Source: Flectonema sp. DT1601 (Eukaryota). From it: DNA of 64,000 bases. The notes below the pieces were generated by a model, which was not told where the DNA came from, searched no databases, and saw only the letters and a list, made by a program, of their open reading frames with translations. Each line of letters starts with the position of its first letter. Positions within the stretch are counted from its first letter, which is position 1. Both the position numbers and the translations under genes were made by a program. Positions 12,595 to 23,290 of this stretch are shown here, one piece after another. Location: positions 1,178,001 to 1,242,000 of the forward strand of contig OZ025795.1 of assembly GCA_964019425.1 (NCBI GenBank), written 5' to 3'.

Positions 12595-13538
12595 GACCAT
12601 TTCAGGGAGGGGGTCGGTTTAACCGAATAGTGGCGAACCCGCAGGGTGGAGGAGGAGAGACTGGTAGGTCATACATTGTACCAAACAATAGCACCGTAGC
12701 TGAAGCTCACGAAGTAAGTATTGAATTGGAAGAAGGCGATAACGCAAAAGGAATTGAAGGTTATCAAAAGTACGTATCTGGCTTTCAACAAGCAGCTAGA
12801 CTTTATTCAGAAAGCTTAAACGAATCAGCAGTAAAAGACTGCAGATATCGAGGAATAAACGGTGAGTGCACTCTTGTAGAAGACACAATCAGATTGTTGT
12901 ACGAATTCCACGACGGCAGAGCAAAAGGATACGAAAAAGCCCTCGCACTTTATACAAAAATGGAATCAAATAAACTCCTCGCTGATCCTCTACTACAGAG
13001 CATGACGTCTTCTGTGAGATCATCGTGGATGCAGTTTTGGAGTGAAGTTGAGGAGGTGTTTAAAGAAGTGCTTTCAGAGAATTCGGAAGCAGCGATTCCA
13101 AGACAAGCAATTGAAGAACTTCTCGTAAAATTATCATCTCTTCATAGAACTGCTCTCGAGAGTACCGACACGATAGCGTTAGAAGCTGCTCAATTGAAAT
13201 CTCCTCCCGTTGATGATCAACAAGAGAAGAAGCAACACCTTCAACACATTCATCACCAACAGACTGAACGAATTCATCAGTTGGAAGCAGAACTCGCTGT
13301 TCTAAAAAAACAAGCAGCCTCTGACAGCTCAACTATAAGAAAATACTCACAGAAATGGAGTGAACTCAAAAGAAAACATGCGAGTAGCAACAACAGTAGC
13401 AGCAGTCACAGTGATGTTAAGGACACCAATGAAACACAAAGTACCCACAGCAGTAAATCGAAGACTACCAACAAGAGCTCAGTTAGTAAATCAACTGACA
13501 GCACAACTTCCATTCAGAGTCTTCGGAGTACGAAATGA
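12595..13538 (+). CDS. Hypothetical helical/coiled-coil protein; 5' end unresolved (upstream exon probable)
   Basis: ~310 open codons of coding-like composition starting after AAAAAG at 12594. No convincing ATG nearby. Confidence 0.65.
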
Positions 13539-14034
13539 TTGCGCTCGTGTAACTACAATGCAACTTGGCTATTTTCCTGCAGCAGTTTTTGTTGAACCAA
13601 AAAAAAAAAAAAAAAAGATGACTGAAAGATAGTTAGCAAAGCCACACCTTGTGCAGTAACCACTGGTTGTTGTTTTCTTTTTCCTGTGCCTAGCCTGTTT
13701 GGCTATTGAAATCTAGCCTTCTCACAGCCTTTTTTCTTTTGTTCAATAATTAAGTCTTTTTTTATTCGGTCCTTTAATTGTTTAACCCGTTAGTTGAGGA
13801 ATACAAATGATTTCTTTTCCCCTTGCGTGTCAAGGCAACAAGAATATGCATTTAGTCAAATCAGCACTCATTTTCTTTCGCACCCATTTCAGTAGTCGGT
13901 AATTTATGGATGTCGTTTTTTCTGGACTTCTTTCTAAAAATAGAAACGAGGCCCCCTTTTTTTTTTCTTCTTTCCCCGACTTGAAACTTTATCTTTGATA
14001 GATCGAAATTAAAAAAAAAAAAAAAAAGAAAAAA

Positions 14035-14835
14035 ATGTCGAAGAACACCGCGAATCAAAAAGGAATTAATCACATACATTCATATGTGAGTTATGAAGGT
14101 GCTGGGTATGACTATTCTCATGGTAGGGGAGCTCTCTCAGCGAAGGCTGAAGAAAATAGGGCTGTCGCTGGTAGTGAAGGTTGGGAACATAAAATAATCG
14201 TGATAGGAAAAGCAGGAGTTGGAAAGACAAGTCTATTAACAAGAGTTGTAAAGGGAGGCTTTAGTGAAAATTATAAAGCCAGTGTCGGTGTTGACTTTGA
14301 GTTCTTACAATATTCAGTTTTTGGAATTCCCTGTACTCTTAACTGTTGGGACACAGCAGGTGAAGAACGTTACCAATCAGTCTTTAAAAGGTTTTACACT
14401 GGAGCAGTAGCAGCAATACTCGTTTTTGACATCAACTGTGAGAATAGTTTTGAGGACTTGCAAACAAAATGGCTTCCTGCTGTTAGAGAAGCTGTCAACC
14501 CGGATACTCCAATCCTTCTTATTGCAAATAAATGTGATCTCATTCACTACGTTGATGAGTCAAAAATTATCAGTTTTGCAAAAGAACAAAAACTGGAATA
14601 CTACAAGTGCTCAGTTCTCGATGACTGTATCCTGGGCGTCGCTAGTAGAAATCGAGTTCCCTGCAGCTATCTGTTCGAAAGGTTGGCAGTCATTGTAACT
14701 GAGAATCGTCTTGAAACGGCTTCTGAAACTATTAAAGAAACATCTGATAGTCGGACAGTATCTTTAAATAGTAAAGGTAAAGGAAATAAAACAGCATCGA
14801 CAGGAAGGTTTAATAAGCCTTCTTGCTGCAAATAA
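14035..14835 (+). CDS. Rab GTPase, Rab34/Rab36-like
   Basis: GKAGVGKT, YKASVGVDFE..YSVFGIP (Rab34/36-like switch I region), WDTAGEE, NKCD, C-terminal CCK. Confidence 0.85.
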   Translation: MSKNTANQKGINHIHSYVSYEGAGYDYSHGRGALSAKAEENRAVAGSEGWEHKIIVIGKAGVGKTSLLTRVVKGGFSENYKASVGVDFEFLQYSVFGIPCTLNCWDTAGEERYQSVFKRFYTGAVAAILVFDINCENSFEDLQTKWLPAVREAVNPDTPILLIANKCDLIHYVDESKIISFAKEQKLEYYKCSVLDDCILGVASRNRVPCSYLFERLAVIVTENRLETASETIKETSDSRTVSLNSKGKGNKTASTGRFNKPSCCK

Positions 14836-15327
14836 AACAGCGGTAGTGTCATTACACCCGACCTTGTGCTAGTGCATTAGAACCATCGAGACAGTAGTTG
14901 TCAGACTCGTCTGAGCTACACACATGCCAATGTATTCTGGAAGGCACGATGGTGAAAACCATCACAAGTTCTATAGAGAAGCTGCTGCTGACCGAAAGGT
15001 TTGTTGTTGTTGGCTGTTCCTAGAATTTTTCATTTCCCCTCTACTCCCTTTTTATTTCTTTTTTAAAATCATTGTCGATACCCTACAGGTTTTGATAGTT
15101 CCATTCATGTGCCAGACTTTGCTTACCCTTTTCTAATGAGAGAGTTTAATTAACTCGTTACTAGCCCCCTCGTGAGGAAGGGTTGACTAACCAGTTTTAG
15201 GCTGGAAAAAAAAAAAAACTCATGACAAAAAACCATTTTTTTTCTAACAACAGACACTTAAGCAGGGAGAAAAAAAGAAACTGCCCTCAATTACCTTAGT
15301 AGAGTGAATTCATTTTTTTTTTTTTTT

Positions 15328-15440
15328 GCACCGACGAAGTCGGAGAAGAAACTATTCAGATTGAAAGCCGTCATGACTTATTTTCCCCCGTGCGACAGGA
15401 TTCTGTTTGCGTTCGACGAAAGGCTAATCTGAATAGTTTT
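15328..15440 (+). mobile_element. Short non-autonomous element (DINE-1/Helentron-like); second copy ~27222-27356
   Basis: Sits in T-runs. Hairpin CCGAC-GAA-GTCGG plus IR AAACTATTCAGATT (15349-15362) / AATCTGAATAGTTT (15426-15439). Homologous copy at 27.2 kb. Confidence 0.55.
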
Positions 15441-15844
15441 ATATTACGACATTAATTTCCTTAATGAACGTTGTCTTGTTATAGTTTATTCGAAAAAAAC
15501 GTATTTCGTAGATGGGGTAAGCTGTTTTATTATAATTATTATTTATTTTTTGCCCAATAGATTCATGTTTGTATCGTCCTTTGAATTATTTTTTATAATT
15601 TCGGTCGGTGGGATTTTACAAATGTGTAGAATAGAAAATATAAACTCAACCACATACGAACTACCCCAACCAACGGGGGGGTTTTTTTTTTAAATTTTTT
15701 TTTGAGTTTTTTTTTTTTGTGTTTTTGATTTCTGTATTCGGACGGACAAAGTTTTCGATTTACGCGATTCATGTTTTAATGTTTTTTCTTTCCTCTCTCT
15801 CTTCCTTCATATAATTCAAAAAAGCGCCACCCAACAACAAAAAA

Positions 15845-17620
15845 ATGGGTCCAACGGAAACTGACCCACTGAAGTTAGTAGAGACGTCATATTCTCGAAC
15901 TGATGACTTAATGGATGAGAATGAGTATCTTCAAAAGTGTGGTGGGTGGGGGAGGTTTCAATGTTTTAATGCTTGCATTAGTTGGTGGAGTATAGCGATA
16001 ATATCTTGTCACATAATGACTATGTACTATGTTCACTTACCTCTTGATGTCGAGTGTATTAGTCCTGAGGGTTGTGGAAATATCTCTATTCCTGATGTTG
16101 ATGATTTTTGTGATTCAGAAATTGCTTTTAGAAATACCGGATTTGACCTCCGTGGGCCCAACTCTATCTACACTCAATGGAACCTTACTTGTTCTCCTGA
16201 TAAGATTTTAGTCACAGTTTCTGATTCATCATTCTTCTTAGGATGGTTGGTTGGAGGAGTTTTGTGCGGAAAGGTATCAGATGTTCATGGTCGTCGAATA
16301 CCCTTAACGTTCTTTTTTATTCTTTCTGGAGCAGCAGTTGCTTGTACAACTCTAGCGAACACACCTGAGGTTTTTATTGTGTTAAAATTCATTCATGGGA
16401 TATTCGTTGGTCCTTTACTTCTAACTAATTATATATACGTGAGTGAGTTTATACCAGTAGCAAAGGGAGCTTTATTTGGGACCATGTATTTTATGATAGG
16501 CGCTGCTGGTTCTGCGTCTCTTGCTGTGGTTGCGTGGTATATTGGTGATTGGAAAAAACTTTCATATTTCGTTGGGATTATGACAGTACCTCTCGCGATA
16601 TGGCCAATCTTAAGCCCAGAAAGTCCAATGTGGTTGTTGTCAGTTGGGAGGACTGAATCTGCAATGTTGGTTTTTAAAAAAATCTGTCGTTGGAATAAAG
16701 TACCACTTCCATCTTGTGGTGTCCGTGCTGCCGTAGCCTCAGACAATGATGATGATATGTTAGAGAGAGGTCCAAGTGCTTTGTTATCATTTTCAAAGAT
16801 ACGAGTAATCACTATCTCTTTAGTTGTTGTATGGCTTGCTTGTTCTTTGTGTTATTTTGGTCTTTCATTGTCAGGAGCAACCCTCCCTGGAGACGTTTAT
16901 CTCAATGCTGCTCTTCTTTCTCTTATTGAACTTCCTGTTTATCCTTTGCAATTAATAGCTGTCGATTCCGTCTATCTTGGAAGGAAAAAAACTATGATTC
17001 TTTCACTACTAGTTGGTAGTTGTTGTTGTTTTATAAACCTATTACCAATTGGAGATGCCAGTAGATGGTTTGCTTTTGGAGGGAACATGTTTATGACAGC
17101 GGCATTCACAACGACGTATATTTGGGCAGCTGAAGTCTTTCCTTCTGATGTGAGAGCTTCAGGACTTGGGATGTGTACCGGAGGAGGAAAACTTGGATCA
17201 GTCTGCACGCCATTCATTGTTATGATTGGCTCTGATTCACTGACTATGGCGATGGTTATATTCGGATCTGTTGCTGCAGTGGGTGCATTATTCTCTCTTT
17301 GGGTTCCTGAAACGAGAGGTGTTGCTCCACTTCAAACTCTCTCTGAATTTAGGGAACTCGGTTCTTACATGTCAGATATGGAGAATAATCTACATAAGAA
17401 TGCGTTAGTTGATTTTGATAAGGCACCAGAAAATATTAAAAACCCAATCAGACCTGTCTCAGCTCCTCCAAACCAATTGTCAGCAACACCTTCAAAACGA
17501 TTTTCATGCTTGCCTCTTCCCAATGGACGGCCTGCATCATCGTTTGGGTTATCTAGTTCGTATGTTAGTCAGAATAGTAGAAGGCATTCGTTTGGACATC
17601 CATTTCTGACTGGTTCGTAA
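15845..17620 (+). CDS. MFS transporter, SLC22 organic cation/anion transporter-like
   Basis: GGWGRFQ N-terminus, Cys-containing loop with WNLTC, GKVSDVHGRR, PESPMW, AEVFPSDVRA, PETRG. Confidence 0.92.
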   Translation: MGPTETDPLKLVETSYSRTDDLMDENEYLQKCGGWGRFQCFNACISWWSIAIISCHIMTMYYVHLPLDVECISPEGCGNISIPDVDDFCDSEIAFRNTGFDLRGPNSIYTQWNLTCSPDKILVTVSDSSFFLGWLVGGVLCGKVSDVHGRRIPLTFFFILSGAAVACTTLANTPEVFIVLKFIHGIFVGPLLLTNYIYVSEFIPVAKGALFGTMYFMIGAAGSASLAVVAWYIGDWKKLSYFVGIMTVPLAIWPILSPESPMWLLSVGRTESAMLVFKKICRWNKVPLPSCGVRAAVASDNDDDMLERGPSALLSFSKIRVITISLVVVWLACSLCYFGLSLSGATLPGDVYLNAALLSLIELPVYPLQLIAVDSVYLGRKKTMILSLLVGSCCCFINLLPIGDASRWFAFGGNMFMTAAFTTTYIWAAEVFPSDVRASGLGMCTGGGKLGSVCTPFIVMIGSDSLTMAMVIFGSVAAVGALFSLWVPETRGVAPLQTLSEFRELGSYMSDMENNLHKNALVDFDKAPENIKNPIRPVSAPPNQLSATPSKRFSCLPLPNGRPASSFGLSSSYVSQNSRRHSFGHPFLTGS

Positions 17621-18226
17621 TAATTGCTGAAGGAATACACGCTTCGAAATAGAGTCGAAGAATGTATTATTTATTATTATTATTTTTTTTTCATGTAATA
17701 ATTTTTGTTATTTGGTTACGTTTTGGTATTTTATTTCATCCAAAAATCTTATTTGCAGGGTTCGGAGATCAAAAAAAAAAAAAAAAAAAAAAACTCCCGA
17801 TTTAACCTGTGTGTTGCCTGCTTTCACTTCGAAAAAGGAAATCGCATTCATCCGACGGCTGATTATTATCTTCAAGTAAATATGTAATGCGAGTTCTCAG
17901 TAGTCTGTTTGTGTTGTGTATGGCAATTCTCATAGTGAGACTTACCACAGCCCGAGTGTGTGTCATAGAACAGATTCCTGAATACAACCAACTCGTCATT
18001 TTCATATTTTCTATTGTCGTTTTCTGTTTTCCTCATAGGAAATAAAAGGAAAACATTTTATGTTTATCTTCACGTATTGTTGTGCTTGACGAAAAAAGAT
18101 TGCTCGCACACAATTTCTTTTTTCAGGATTTGTCTTTGTTTCTTAACGTTTGAGAATATCAAAAGACTAGTTCTGATTCTATAAATCCATTCACACCACA
18201 GAACATATTCTCCACACACAGTTAAT

Positions 18227-19831
18227 ATGTTACGAAGTTATCACGAGAATAGCGATAGTGGTCCAGAGTCGTGTGATGAACATCACCAGTCATCAGCACT
18301 GTTGGATCGGTTACCGAAATCACAGATTCAAAACAGTGTAGAATGCCCAAAAGACCAGTCGTCTGAGTATGATGATGACGACTGTAAAAGTAATTTGACT
18401 GAGGCTGAAAAAACTGCTCGCGAGAAAGTATTATTCGTCTCGTTAGCTGTTGTGTTTGTCAGGTACGGGATTGCAACTTTCATGAGTCCATTCTTTCCAA
18501 ATTATTGTAAAAAGGTTGGAATCAGTGGTACATTTGAAGGATTCATCTTTGCTGCCTACCCTCTCGGAATGGCAATAATGGGACTCTACGGAAGTCAAGT
18601 CATTCTCGCTATTGGAACTCGGACAAGTGTTGCAATTGGTTTACTATTCACTGCAGTCACAACATCTGCTTTTGGGTTCGTACCTGACTTCGTAAGACTT
18701 ATTGGAAAGGAAAACGATGGCGAAACACTCCAATGGATATTCATTTCCCTTTCATTGATATCAGGGTTACTAGGATCATTATCAGATACAGGTGTTATTA
18801 TTGTTTGTGGTGAAAAGTTTAAGGATAAATCCGGAGTAGTTATGTCAGCAATAGGAACCTGCAGTGGTGTTGGCTGCATGGTAGGACCTCCTCTTGGAGG
18901 TGTCCTTTATTCAGCTTTTGCGACTGATGCACAAGACTTCAGATGGACATTCACGATATGGGGAGTTCTCTGCGTTGCAATAACTCCTTTGGTAATGAAA
19001 TATATACCTCAAGAATATATTAATGCTGATGAAGAGAAAGCACCAATCTCATCAGTCTTGTCACCATCAGTGATATTATCACTCGTTGCTATTGCATTGT
19101 CAGGAACAATTGTCGGGTCTTTAGACCCAACTCTCTCATATCGATTGAATGATTTATCATCAGCCATGATTGGACTATTCTTTATGTTTTCATCAATATC
19201 TTATACCATTGTTGGCTTACCTATTGGATGGGCTACAGAAGCACTGAAGACTCGTGAAAATGTTGGTGATTCTAGATACTACAAACTCATGCAGGCAGCT
19301 GGACTTTCTGTTTTAGCAGTGGCATTCGCTCTTCTTGGTCCGATTGAATTGCCGTTTGGAATAAAAACAAACAAACTGAAGAGAACGGGGATTGCAGTTG
19401 TCGCGATGGTTTTTAAAGGATTTGGATCCGCTGGAAACAATGCGGGGTATCCAGACTTGGTATTAGACATCGGAGCTGACGGTAGTAAAAGTAAACAAGC
19501 AAGGATTGACGGAATGTGGAATGCCGCCTACGCGATGGGATGGGCAGCTGGACCAGCTGTTGGAGGAGGTCTCTACGATGCTTTTGGTTTCGGTAGTATG
19601 GCGACAGTGATGTCTGTGACTGCTGCAGTGTATGCATTAATCCTTGTTATTGCGTCATTTACTAGACAGTTTTCAGGTGGATTTAGAGCTCGTACTCAGT
19701 CTGTTCAATCATCACGTGAAGCAGCTGCTGTTGCTGTTCTGGTCGTACTTCGTTCGATTTCAGATGAAATTGAAAATCGCGACTACGCTGAAACCGATTC
19801 TCTCCAACCACAACAACACGAAGAGTGTTAA
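18227..19831 (+). CDS. MFS transporter, SLC18B1-like
   Basis: ~12 hydrophobic segments, MSPFFP, GFIFAAYP, GCMVGPPLGGVLY, GPAVGGGLYDAFGF. Confidence 0.85.
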   Translation: MLRSYHENSDSGPESCDEHHQSSALLDRLPKSQIQNSVECPKDQSSEYDDDDCKSNLTEAEKTAREKVLFVSLAVVFVRYGIATFMSPFFPNYCKKVGISGTFEGFIFAAYPLGMAIMGLYGSQVILAIGTRTSVAIGLLFTAVTTSAFGFVPDFVRLIGKENDGETLQWIFISLSLISGLLGSLSDTGVIIVCGEKFKDKSGVVMSAIGTCSGVGCMVGPPLGGVLYSAFATDAQDFRWTFTIWGVLCVAITPLVMKYIPQEYINADEEKAPISSVLSPSVILSLVAIALSGTIVGSLDPTLSYRLNDLSSAMIGLFFMFSSISYTIVGLPIGWATEALKTRENVGDSRYYKLMQAAGLSVLAVAFALLGPIELPFGIKTNKLKRTGIAVVAMVFKGFGSAGNNAGYPDLVLDIGADGSKSKQARIDGMWNAAYAMGWAAGPAVGGGLYDAFGFGSMATVMSVTAAVYALILVIASFTRQFSGGFRARTQSVQSSREAAAVAVLVVLRSISDEIENRDYAETDSLQPQQHEEC

Positions 19832-20661
19832 TTACGTCTTTTTATTTATATTTTTAGAACTAAAAGATAAATAAAAGTATAGACACGATTACCATAAGTT
19901 GAGCCAACCAATCCTACTGAGTCCAGCTGTTTGATTCGCTGTTTTTATTTTATTTTGTTCATTTCTTGTTTGTATTTGAGGGTTGGATTTCCTCCTTCAA
20001 TTTAGTTTTTGTTTGTTTACGTTATTATGTCATCACCAGGATCCGTGTGTGTTATTTAACCTTCTCCTCTTTAGAAAATTTAGAGTAATAGATTCTCTTT
20101 GAGAATCTACCCAACTGGTACTCATTGGGCTGGGTAAGGAGAATGGTCAGAAGAAAGATTTTTTTAATTTTTGCACCAAAACCTGACCATTATTTGCTTG
20201 TTGTCCGACGAATTTTTAATTTAATATTTTCTTTTGATTGACTGATTAGCAATCATAGTAGTTGGTGTTCAGTGGTTCACTGGGGGGAGATGCAATTTTT
20301 TTTAAAAAAAATCAGCCTCTCCCTTTGAATAAAGTACCCTTGACTTGCTATCAGAGTGTTTTACACAACTTGTTTTGTGAAAACGAAATCAGAAAGTTAT
20401 AAGTAAATGGAGAGTAGATCGATGGAGAAAAAAATCTTCATGTTATTTTGTGTCTAAGTCGCCGCCTAGTTGGGAACCAAAGTTCTTTTAAAGGTCCGTT
20501 GGTTGTTTGTTCTCCTCTTCCGTGTGTTGTTTACTTAAAGAGGACTCACCCTGACTTGTTATTTTAAATTAATTGAGAAAGGGTACCATTAATGATTTCA
20601 GGATTGTGATTATTTTTTATTATTTTAATTTTTATTTTTTCTCAGCAAACTTATTTACAAA

Positions 20662-21564
20662 ATGATGGCCCTAAAGACTCTCGCATTGGGAATGACGTTG
20701 TCACTCTCACAGGCTACAACCCCTCCGAAAGTATTCACAATCGGTACTCGTAGTGAAAAGATGAAAACAGTTTCGATGGGTTTCGAAGCAGATCTTGAAA
20801 CCGGAATCTTAACTGAAATCGCTTCTAATTTTATTTACCTGGGGCCCAGCATCGCAATTGACGGAATCAGCGCTTTTGATAAAAAGAATGGATTGATTTA
20901 CTGGACTAACGATGCCGCTACTACATTCGTCTACGGACTAAATGTAAAAACAGGTGAAATCTTACCTCCGATTGATACTTACGGTAATGCTATTGGTAGT
21001 TTATCGTTTGATGATACGACTGGTGAATTGCTTATTGGAGATTTCCCTTCACCTGGGATATGCAGACTCCTTCGGTACAGTGAATCCAACGTTGATATTT
21101 ATTCATACAATGGAACTGTTATCACTTCTTGTGGTACTGTTGTGCCGGGTAATCTTTACATTAATTGGAATTTCCCAAAAACAAGACTCGAGACTATTGA
21201 TTTGAGTACCGGAAAGGTTCTCAAAGAAACAACAGTTGATCCAGAGTGTGGACTTATTACGAATCTGTTTTCTGATCCGTCGGATTCCAAATCACTTATT
21301 GCTCTTCAAGGATCACTAAGTGGATACAACTACACTAAATTAGACATCTCGACTGGTTCATGTACGACTCCAGTAACCTTTGATATTGACCCAATGACAT
21401 CCGCAGCTTTTGATCATCGTACTGGTCTTGTTTGGTACGCAAAAACAAATGCAACTGGTGTGTTTATAAACACCTTATCCCCAAAAACTGGTCAACAAAC
21501 TTCAAAGCAAATGAAAACTAAAACCGGTGTTGTTGCTATTCAGGAGTTGGCTTTACTTTTCTAA
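20662..21564 (+). CDS. Secreted hypothetical protein, probably beta-propeller
   Basis: Signal-peptide-like N-terminus and repeated SAFD..NGLIYW / LSFD..TGEL / AAFD..TGLVWY blade-like motifs. Confidence 0.7.
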   Translation: MMALKTLALGMTLSLSQATTPPKVFTIGTRSEKMKTVSMGFEADLETGILTEIASNFIYLGPSIAIDGISAFDKKNGLIYWTNDAATTFVYGLNVKTGEILPPIDTYGNAIGSLSFDDTTGELLIGDFPSPGICRLLRYSESNVDIYSYNGTVITSCGTVVPGNLYINWNFPKTRLETIDLSTGKVLKETTVDPECGLITNLFSDPSDSKSLIALQGSLSGYNYTKLDISTGSCTTPVTFDIDPMTSAAFDHRTGLVWYAKTNATGVFINTLSPKTGQQTSKQMKTKTGVVAIQELALLF

Positions 21565-22431
21565 GGGCAGTAAATTTTTATTTTGCTATTTTTTTTTTTT
21601 TTTTTTTTTTTTTTAAATAGTTTTTTTTTTGTCAAGTGTTGTGAAGTATTGATCATTGATTTAACATTGATTTTGTATTTTTTTCGCCCAGAAAAAAAAA
21701 ATAAAAAAAAATTCTTCCACTACTAACAATAAACTATAGATAATCTCTCTCTTCTTTCCTTATCAAACAACGTTTTTGAGATTGGCATAGTTTCAAATTC
21801 ATAGCCGACAAAACTCAATCATTATTTTGATAGATGTTTTACTTTTTTTTCCGATCTCATCTGGCAAAAAAAAATCTGAAATATACGTTTTTTTTTTTGT
21901 GTAATTCACAAAAAAACTAAAATAATAATATAAAAAAAAAAAAAAACGTGTGACTGTGATATTTTTTTTTCGTTGTGAAAAAAAACATAACTCCAAATGA
22001 TGTTTTTACTGTACAGGCAGTTTTTCTTGTTTCCCAATAACAGTAATGTACGAAACTCATAAGGGTTTTAGTTTATCTCTCTCTCTCCTGCACTACCTCG
22101 GAACTTTAATATGATATCGGAATGAACATTCGCATGACTAGCGAGATTTAAACCGAAAAAAAAAAAAGAAGTTAAATACCATGATTCGATTCAATGGGGA
22201 GGTTGTGCAAATTAAAAAAAAAAAAAAAGAAAGAAAAGGGGTTTCATTCTTTTATTCTCGGGAAAATTTGTTTGTTTGTTTGTTTCTGAATTGAAAAAAT
22301 CTAAAAAAAAAAAAACGAGGTACTATACATTCATACCCGTAGGGTGATAATTTTCAGTCGAGGGCTGTTTTGCCGTTTGTTTGTTTTTTTTTGAGCATTC
22401 TATTCTCCGGACTAATCCCTTGATCTCAAAG

Positions 22432-22465
<34 letters not shown>

Positions 22466-22642
22466 GTAAATTTATAAGAACGTCATTTGTTTTTCCTTTT
22501 CTTGGAAAGTTTATTCTCAACATTTCTATCAGGTTCAAAGAGTACAACATGATAACATTCTTAACTGAATATGACAAAAGGATTTAAAAACAAACAAACT
22601 TTTCCCCCATCCCAGAAACAACAACAACTAAACATCGTAATA

Positions 22643-23290
22643 ATGTCAGGAGTTGAAAATGATGAAATGAACTGCCTTTACAAGGTACTTGTTGTAGGAG
22701 AAGGAGGTACTGGTAAGACTTGTGTAATTAGAAGATACGTTCACAATATATTCCAGATGAGCACGAAGACTACTATTGGAGTTGATTTTGCTTTGAAAAT
22801 GCTTCACTGGGATGGTAAAAAACAAATAACACTTCAGGTTTGGGACATCGCTGGACAAGAAAGATATGGTCAGATGACGAGGGTGTACTACCAAGCTGCT
22901 GTAGGAGCTTTGGTTGTTTTTGACATTAAGAAACCAGAGTCGTTTGCTGCTGTTGCAAAGTGGAAGCAAGACATCGACAACAAAGTGTACATGTCTGACA
23001 ATAGTAACATTCCGTGTGTTCTATTGGCTAACAAGTGTGATTTGTCTCCTCTTTCTGACTTCAAATCAAAAGAAGAAATGGACGCCTTTTGTGAGGAGCA
23101 CGGCTTCGTTGGATGGTTCGAAGTCTCAGCTCTAAAAGACATCAACATCAAACCTGCCTTTGAAGAGCTTGTCAAACATGTCGTCGCCAACGATAATCCA
23201 AAAGCCGAACAAAAATCTGGAAAGAAAGAAACCCTAACACTCACTATGCCACCTCCACCAAAGGATGGAGGTAAGAGTTGTAAATGTTAA
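22643..23290 (+). CDS. RAB32: Rab32/Rab38-family GTPase
   Basis: Diagnostic WDIAGQERYGQMTRVYY, TIGVDFALK, LLANKCD, GWFEVSA, C-terminal CKC. Start placed at ATG 22643. Confidence 0.93.
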   Translation: MSGVENDEMNCLYKVLVVGEGGTGKTCVIRRYVHNIFQMSTKTTIGVDFALKMLHWDGKKQITLQVWDIAGQERYGQMTRVYYQAAVGALVVFDIKKPESFAAVAKWKQDIDNKVYMSDNSNIPCVLLANKCDLSPLSDFKSKEEMDAFCEEHGFVGWFEVSALKDINIKPAFEELVKHVVANDNPKAEQKSGKKETLTLTMPPPPKDGGKSCKC

